20,000 bases of DNA, taken from IMG/VR virus record IMGVR_UViG_3300031707_000002; one strand, given 5' to 3'. Below, one piece after another: positions 14,646 to 20,000 of the stretch (its first letter is position 1; the number at the start of each line of letters is the position of its first letter). Source of the DNA: an uncultured virus (IMG/VR IMGVR_UViG_3300031707_000002) (taxonomy: Duplodnaviria; Heunggongvirae; Uroviricota; Caudoviricetes). The translations under genes were made by a program, and so were the position numbers. The notes beneath the pieces were generated by a model. It ran no database searches. It worked only from the letters and a program-made list of their open reading frames with translations, and had not been told where the DNA came from.

Positions 14646-14903
14646 CTACAACGAAACGGCTAACAGTTGCCGCAGCTTATTAACTACATAAGGTATAAAA
14701 ATTTCACTCTCATTTTCATAAATACCAGAAAGCTCATTCATGTAAGCGGCAATTTCATCTCGTAGATGTTTCAGGGTATTCTCTTTGTCTTCTACCAACT
14801 CAAGCATCACACATTTTGCCTCTTCCAACATAGGGTTTGGCGCGTGATGCTCAATCAAAGTTGTAATAACAGACAGTGCCTCTTCTTTTGTCATCCGGCT
14901 CAT
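14646..14903 (-). CDS. Hypothetical protein
   Basis: 85 aa; 3' end carries an attC-like remnant. Confidence 0.68.
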   Translation of the reverse strand: MSRMTKEEALSVITTLIEHHAPNPMLEEAKCVMLELVEDKENTLKHLRDEIAAYMNELSGIYENESEIFIPYVVNKLRQLLAVSL

Positions 14904-14946
14904 ACAACCATGCCTTTCATTGGTTTTACTTACAGCATCCTATATG

Positions 14947-15294
14947 TCAATGATAATCCTTCTCATCCTGCTCCCATCCATCCTCAGACCTCAACTCACT
15001 TTCCTCCACACCCAACGCCTCAGCCGCTTCCTCGTATCCCCAAGGGTATTGATCTTGCCTGTACCGCACACCCCCACGTCTTTCCAACCCATGCTTAAAT
15101 ACCCTCGAAATAAACTTCTCCCCCGATGCACCTTCTACCAGTGCAAAATACACAAAATGCCCTACGTCCAGTTTTACCCGGTATCCTGTCCTCCATTGAA
15201 GCTGGTGTGATTGTATTGCATCAACCTCAGATGTACCTTCATACTCAAGCCACTCAGACAAATCAGGCTTCACATACCTGAATTTGAAAATCAT
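14947..15294 (-). CDS. Hypothetical protein
   Basis: 115-aa ORF, GGGGT upstream. Confidence 0.7.
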   Translation of the reverse strand: MIFKFRYVKPDLSEWLEYEGTSEVDAIQSHQLQWRTGYRVKLDVGHFVYFALVEGASGEKFISRVFKHGLERRGGVRYRQDQYPWGYEEAAEALGVEESELRSEDGWEQDEKDYH

Positions 15295-15322
15295 ACTTAC
15301 ACCCCATCCTACTCATATACCA

Positions 15323-15625
15323 TCACGCATCCGTAACTTCAACTCCAGGAAATGCCTCAACAAATTCTACGCGCCGCTCGGTCAGATTTTCCCAGAACGT
15401 CACCGCCTCATCTACACACAACGGCTCTATGCGGTCCTGTTCGCCCTGCCATTTCGTCAGATGCACCGCGAAATATCCACCCTTGAATGTACGATACAGG
15501 AAAGTCTGCCGTCCGTGCCGCTCGAAGTTGTGGCCGTCCCAATAGTCATTCCCGGCGATCAACGTAGCAGATTCAGTGTTGTACTTCTTGCGGTCGATAA
15601 TCTCGGTCATGGATACTGGCTTCAT
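15323..15625 (-). CDS. Conserved phage hypothetical protein (KKYxTETA / LYRT type)
   Basis: IIDRKKYNTESATLIA...LYRTFKGGYF; AAGGAG RBS; visibly more GC-rich than its neighbours. Confidence 0.8.
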   Translation of the reverse strand: MKPVSMTEIIDRKKYNTESATLIAGNDYWDGHNFERHGRQTFLYRTFKGGYFAVHLTKWQGEQDRIEPLCVDEAVTFWENLTERRVEFVEAFPGVEVTDA

Positions 15626-15708
15626 ACTCGGTACTCCTTTGGGGTCTTTGCCCCGGTTTGTGTGTGGTCTGTGCCACTATGCTACTACAACATCAGAATC
15701 AAAAATCT

Positions 15709-15751
15709 TGTCTTACACCTCTAATATACTAAACATAATCAGCAAAGTCAA
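15709..15751 (-). promoter_or_regulatory. Sigma70-type (early) promoter
   Basis: TTGACT-17 bp-TATATT followed by AGAGGTGTAAGACA; AT-rich upstream. Confidence 0.82.
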
Positions 15752-15904
15752 CAGAAAAATAAATTAAATTAAATCTACGAAGCCACAACACCCCTATCAG
15801 TATCAGTCGCCTCTACACCCGACGGGATCTCAGATCATTTTGTAAATAATCCTCAAACAGATCCAACTTCCAATCATTTTCTGGTGATAATTCTTCATCT
15901 TTTC

Positions 15905-16117
15905 TTACCTGTGGCAATGCGTATTCATCCACTTCGCCGTATCCACCCACCCTTCAACAGTCATACTGGTAAGGTATAGGGTAAACACAGATGTCTCTGT
16001 CCACTTCTCAGTCACCCCACCCGCGAAATACCAGTATCCCTGCCCCTTTACCACCTCTACCCCACGAAACCCTGCTTTCTGGAGTGCGAGATTCACCTTT
16101 TTTACAGTTGTACGCAT
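15905..16117 (-). CDS. Hypothetical protein
   Basis: 70 aa, VKGQGYWYF; AGGGG upstream. Confidence 0.7.
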   Translation of the reverse strand: MRTTVKKVNLALQKAGFRGVEVVKGQGYWYFAGGVTEKWTETSVFTLYLTSMTVEGWVDTAKWMNTHCHR

Positions 16118-16158
16118 CCCGGTCCCCTAATTCTTTTGAATTCTCTATCGAGCAAGCC

Positions 16159-16365
16159 CTAATAGTCTAATTGCCAATTCTGTGCGGCCTCGTAAGCTGC
16201 CCCACCATCACGCTCAACATCACGCTCAACATCACGCTCAACACTTTCCTTAGCAATCAGTGAGGAATACCAGTTGGCTTCTGCCTCAGTCTCAAACCGA
16301 ACAACCGTCCCATCATCAAATCGAACATACCATCCAGACTGTTCCTGCTTAACAACACTTTTCAT
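16159..16365 (-). CDS. Hypothetical protein with ERDV repeats
   Basis: AAGGAGGT RBS; first gene after the promoter. Confidence 0.75.
   Translation of the reverse strand: MKSVVKQEQSGWYVRFDDGTVVRFETEAEANWYSSLIAKESVERDVERDVERDGGAAYEAAQNWQLDY
16206..16241. repeat. 12-bp tandem repeat x3, in frame
   Basis: catcacgctcaa x3. Confidence 0.97.
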
Positions 16366-16415
16366 TCTCTACCTCCTTAGTCTTATCAACTCTATCTTAT
16401 CTTTTTTCTCTCCCC

Positions 16416-16458
16416 TGTCTTACACCTCTAATATACGCTATTTCGCCGGTAAAGTCAA
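16416..16458 (-). promoter_or_regulatory. Sigma70-type (early) promoter
   Basis: TTGACT-17 bp-TATATT followed by AGAGGTGTAAGACA; shares an identical 21-mer with the promoter at 15709. Confidence 0.82.
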
Positions 16459-16619
16459 GTTATTTCTAATAAAAATGCAAGTAATCCTCGCTGTTTACTG
16501 CAAATAGCAACAACATCAATGAGTTACAGAGTTATTTTTTGTGGTTTTGCCGTATTTTTGAGCTATGTCCAATGATCTTACACCATCTTTCTGCATTACA
16601 TCACATATTACTGCCCTTA

Positions 16620-16892
16620 TTACTTCTTGTCTACATCACCATCAGCTTCCTTAATAACATCCTCCAAATCCTCACCCTCTACATCTGAAATAACATCATC
16701 TGAATCCTCCACCGGCAACGGCTCATCAAACGCTACCGCAAATGCAATATCTACCGCCTCCTCTATACACCCCAACATCTCATAGTAATACCCCGTGTGC
16801 CGCTTGACAAACCCCGTTACATCTACCCACTTGTCAAACCTGTGACACGCCTCCCGCTTCGCATACTCTACTTCCCCACGCTTACATCCCAT
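16620..16892 (-). CDS. Hypothetical protein with acidic tail
   Basis: 90 aa; AGGGGGT RBS. Confidence 0.72.
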   Translation of the reverse strand: MGCKRGEVEYAKREACHRFDKWVDVTGFVKRHTGYYYEMLGCIEEAVDIAFAVAFDEPLPVEDSDDVISDVEGEDLEDVIKEADGDVDKK

Positions 16893-16930
16893 ACAATACC
16901 CCCCTATGATACCTGATCAACGCTACATCA

Positions 16931-16966
16931 ACGGTAATCTGATTGACGGTAATCTGATTGACGGTA
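16931..16966. repeat. 15-bp tandem repeat x2.4, intergenic
   Basis: acggtaatctgattg x2 + acggta; internal palindrome AATC-T-GATT. Confidence 0.95.
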
Positions 16967-17092
16967 GTTTTTATCAAAAATCAACATTTTTTGACACTAG
17001 ACGCCCCACCGTTTTTACGACCCCCGCCAACAGGCCCCATAGGGTAAGTCGTCAAGTATATTTTTGAAAAAGAATAGAAGAACTGTCTACCC

Positions 17093-17422
17093 TTACCGTT
17101 CCCCCACCGTAGCATCAACAAGACACTCCCTTATACACTCTTCAGGATGATAACCTATCACCCTATCTACCTGCCTACCCTCTTTGTAAATCACCAATGT
17201 AGGCACTGCTGTTATGTGATGTAACTTAGCTTGTTCAAAAAACCCTTCGTGATCCTCTACATTTACTTTATAGAATTGAATTGAAGGAAACTCTTTTTCA
17301 AACCCCTCTATTATAGGGAGAACTTTATTACAAGGAGCACACCATCCTGCATGAAACAAGATCGCCACAATACCCTCACCATGTGTCACCTCATCATACT
17401 GCAACTCTTTTAATAATCTCAT
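17093..17422 (-). CDS. trxA: Thioredoxin
   Basis: FHAGWCAPC active site, FYKVNVE, ITAVPTL, 109 aa. Confidence 0.9.
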   Translation of the reverse strand: MRLLKELQYDEVTHGEGIVAILFHAGWCAPCNKVLPIIEGFEKEFPSIQFYKVNVEDHEGFFEQAKLHHITAVPTLVIYKEGRQVDRVIGYHPEECIRECLVDATVGER

Positions 17423-18084
17423 GGTGTCACCTTCCTTACTTCCTTCTTGTGTTCCTTACTTTCAGCCTTCTTGCCAAACATGTGTGTGGACATCAAATCC
17501 GCGCCATGTATCAAAGCTGAAAACTTTGTCATCCCACTACCATCACTCATATAACTGTACGGGCTTGACAAGTTACAAGACCAACCTCCGTGATGGTGTG
17601 CAACCGCTTCTATTTGAGTGTCACTTAAAATTATCCCATGTAAAGCACAAAGCTGAGTTACCTTTGCACTTTCATCAGGATATGTAATACCGTCTGCTAC
17701 TTCCCAAATCTGTCCACCATATTTTGCTTGCCTTCTGTAATCACCCTCCGGCATATCCTTGTACCTGTATAATTTGTCAAGATCATGCACATAAGCCACA
17801 AGTATTACATCGTCCAATGTAAAATCAATAGGATTAACTGCAAGTTTTTCACAATAGGCTGTTACATTATAGTAACTCTGAATCGCCAACATCATCACTT
17901 CCTTTACATGATCCACATACCCACCTACCCAAGCGTGATGATGCCGCTTTGACGCGGGCCAATAAATAATCCGATCCTTCAAACTAGAATGCATCAACGG
18001 CAAACTCTCCCTCAACTCCTGATCTAAAATCATGTTGAGCATCTGCGTAATCTGATCGTAACTACTCAGTACCGTATCTGACAT
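17419..18084 (-). CDS. HD-domain phosphohydrolase (YhaM/Cbf1-like)
   Basis: PASKRHHHAWVGGYVDH, YVHDLDK, AHHHG, IHGADLMS. Confidence 0.85.
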   Translation of the reverse strand: MSDTVLSSYDQITQMLNMILDQELRESLPLMHSSLKDRIIYWPASKRHHHAWVGGYVDHVKEVMMLAIQSYYNVTAYCEKLAVNPIDFTLDDVILVAYVHDLDKLYRYKDMPEGDYRRQAKYGGQIWEVADGITYPDESAKVTQLCALHGIILSDTQIEAVAHHHGGWSCNLSSPYSYMSDGSGMTKFSALIHGADLMSTHMFGKKAESKEHKKEVRKVTP

Positions 18085-18098
18085 CTGAAACCCCCTTA

Positions 18099-18299
18099 TT
18101 ACTTTTGATTCAGTTTAAGATAATCCCTGCACTGCAACAACGCCCCAATCAACTCCTCAAATGTCAGACTGTCTACAATCTCATCCTCAATGTTGTGCTT
18201 ATTATCCCTAATCAACTGCTGATAACAAAACTCCAAAGTAACCTTCACCGGCTCCTTTGGACGATAACTCTCAAGTTCAACCTGACTCCTATCCCTCAT
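18099..18299 (-). CDS. Hypothetical protein
   Basis: Likely start MRDRSQ at 18299 after GAGGGGG. Confidence 0.65.
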   Translation of the reverse strand: MRDRSQVELESYRPKEPVKVTLEFCYQQLIRDNKHNIEDEIVDSLTFEELIGALLQCRDYLKLNQK

Positions 18300-18349
18300 A
18301 GAACCCCCCTCAGTTTTTGAACAAAGGCGCGGATCAATGGGCGGCTCCA

Positions 18350-19405
18350 CTCAGTACCCCGTAAAAGGATAAACGGGGCACACTAGGGTTGCTTCCGCTT
18401 CACCCACCCCCACCAACCCGCGCCAACTACTACCTTTAATACTACGCTTTTTGGCACTTAATAATTAAGTTAAAAGCCTTAAAATTAAGCAGAATTTGAC
18501 CCTCTAAAGAACTCGTGCTCCAGCAACTGCTCTCCTCCAGGCTGTGGCCCCCACCCCTCCAAAATCATAAAAACTTCATCCAGCCGACACCCACCACCCT
18601 AAGTACACACTCGCTTCCGACTCAATCCAGCAAATCGCAGCTACAACAAGGCTTGGCTATTTAACAACAGACGTACTTAACAATGTCGCATAATATACAT
18701 TACGTAAACTTAACAGGGGATGCGTCTCTAACCCCATGATATATCTGGCTTAAATTGCTTCCGTTTGTCAACTTTTAGACTTTTCGTTAAGTTAAAATAA
18801 CCCTAATTTCGCAATGTTTACTTAACGACTGTACATTGCGTGTTATTACTGCTATTTTACCGCAAACCAGAGTAAAACCACCCAAAACCGTCTGGAACTG
18901 GAACCTCACGGCTTCGCACAACACCGCAAGGGCGAAGCCTCAAAACCTGACCCCACCACCCTGACCCCACCACCCTGACCATGACCTCACATCCAAAACC
19001 ATGTTAAATGCCGTTAAATAGACCTAGTTTTGGTTAACGCCAACACCAAACCGCTAGCTCTCTCAAAACAAACCCACTGCCCAAATTTCGCCAAAATCGC
19101 CATTTCCAAAAACCCTAAAAGAATTTCTGATGAAAAAGGGAACCGCCGTCGCTTTGAACCCTGTACTTGTTCAGAAAAAATAGTGCCCTAATTTCGCCAA
19201 AATCGCCAGTAGGTAAATTGTGCAGTACGATAATTTTAATGCTCCCATTTAACAGCACTTAACCGATAAACTCGACCAAAAACCCCCACCCCGTCTTAAC
19301 CACGCTCTGCATACCAAACTTTCTTAAAGATTCATCCAGACACACCTACCTGAGTCCACTGTGGCTCGCCTCCACCATCAGGCTCCGCTCCTTTCAAATC
19401 TAAAT
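18350..19405. other. ~1-kb non-coding region with direct repeats and hairpins
   Basis: No ORF of 60 aa or more; 14-bp tandem at 18946-18980; 19-bp direct repeat at 19084/19190; hairpins at 18810-18840 and 18910-18939. Confidence 0.75.
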
Positions 19406-19409
19406 AAAC

Positions 19410-19733
19410 CTAAAATTTACGCCCGGAACTCACCCCCACTGCCACTTCCCCGTTCCCTCCACCATCAGGCATCAGGCTCCCGACCCCATACCGCCTATAT
19501 CGAATCTTAAAAAGAACACTGTCCAATCCCCCACCAAGGACCACTGGCTCGATAACAGTCTCGATCCCTCTGACCTGTGCATACCCTATTCCGGCCTGCA
19601 TCAAAGTCCATCTATCAAGCCGGGAAACCGTCACAACCGCTGTACAACCATCCAGAACCAGCATCAAAGCCATAAGGACCACCAGCCCTATTGACTTTCG
19701 CCTGTAGGAATAGAACCCTCTAACCCCACTCAA
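19410..19733 (-). CDS. Possible membrane or lipoprotein
   Basis: TTG start after AGAGGGAG; basic N-region, hydrophobic stretch, VLDGC (atypical lipobox). Confidence 0.45.
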   Translation of the reverse strand: MSGVRGFYSYRRKSIGLVVLMALMLVLDGCTAVVTVSRLDRWTLMQAGIGYAQVRGIETVIEPVVLGGGLDSVLFKIRYRRYGVGSLMPDGGGNGEVAVGVSSGRKF

Positions 19734-20000
19734 AGCACACTCCCTCTTATATCTATGATTTCTTCTTAATTCCGACCTTGTTGACTTTTGCCTATAGGAA
19801 TAGAAACCTTCACCACCTTTTGACCCTTACCAAACTTGACACGCGAGAACTCGTAAACCTACTTAACGTCTTTTTGAAAACTGGCATTGATTTTAACCAA
19901 GTTAAATCAAAAATTAACTAATATTAACTTGACAAACTCGAATGACAAATGATAAATAAACTCCAAGACCTGTGTACCAACACCAACTTCTCAAAATCCT

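Noticed and set aside
15813..15932. Frameshifted C-terminal extension of ORF 15905-16117 (DEYALPQVRKDEELSPENDW...)
   Set aside because: An open alternative frame exists but there is no motif or slippery site to support it.
841..18320. All + strand ORFs in the track
   Set aside because: They overlap better-supported minus-strand genes and show no recognisable motifs; strand skew makes antisense frames stop-poor.
1..20000. Integron integrase, reverse transcriptase or other recombinase for the cassette array
   Set aside because: No ORF shows tyrosine-recombinase (R...HxxR...Y), serine-recombinase or RT (YxDD) motifs in a suitable size and context; it must lie outside the window if it exists.

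Overview
Fragment of a large tailed-phage (Caudoviricetes-like) genome; essentially all credible genes lie on the minus strand. From left: 5' end of a portal-like gene, a large terminase with a 137-aa mini-intein splitting its Walker A motif, a CatB/Vat-like O-acetyltransferase, two tRNA-Leu genes plus a decayed tRNA-Ser, a class-3 lipase, two glycosyltransferase-like genes, a structured ~100-nt RNA candidate, a Zeta/AAA_33-like kinase, many small accessory ORFs (two Lar-like, two DUF551-like), two matching sigma70 promoters, thioredoxin, an HD-domain protein and a ~1-kb non-coding repeat region. The main discovery is at ~11.49-13.76 kb: an array of eight small gene cassettes separated by non-canonical attC-like palindromes (CAAC-A...C-GTT). 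The two ends of each cassette are complementary to each other, the spacing is nearly constant (six of eight are 272-295 bp), the ORFs run into the palindromes, and no integrase is present in the window. All calls come from reading motifs by eye; no searches were run.
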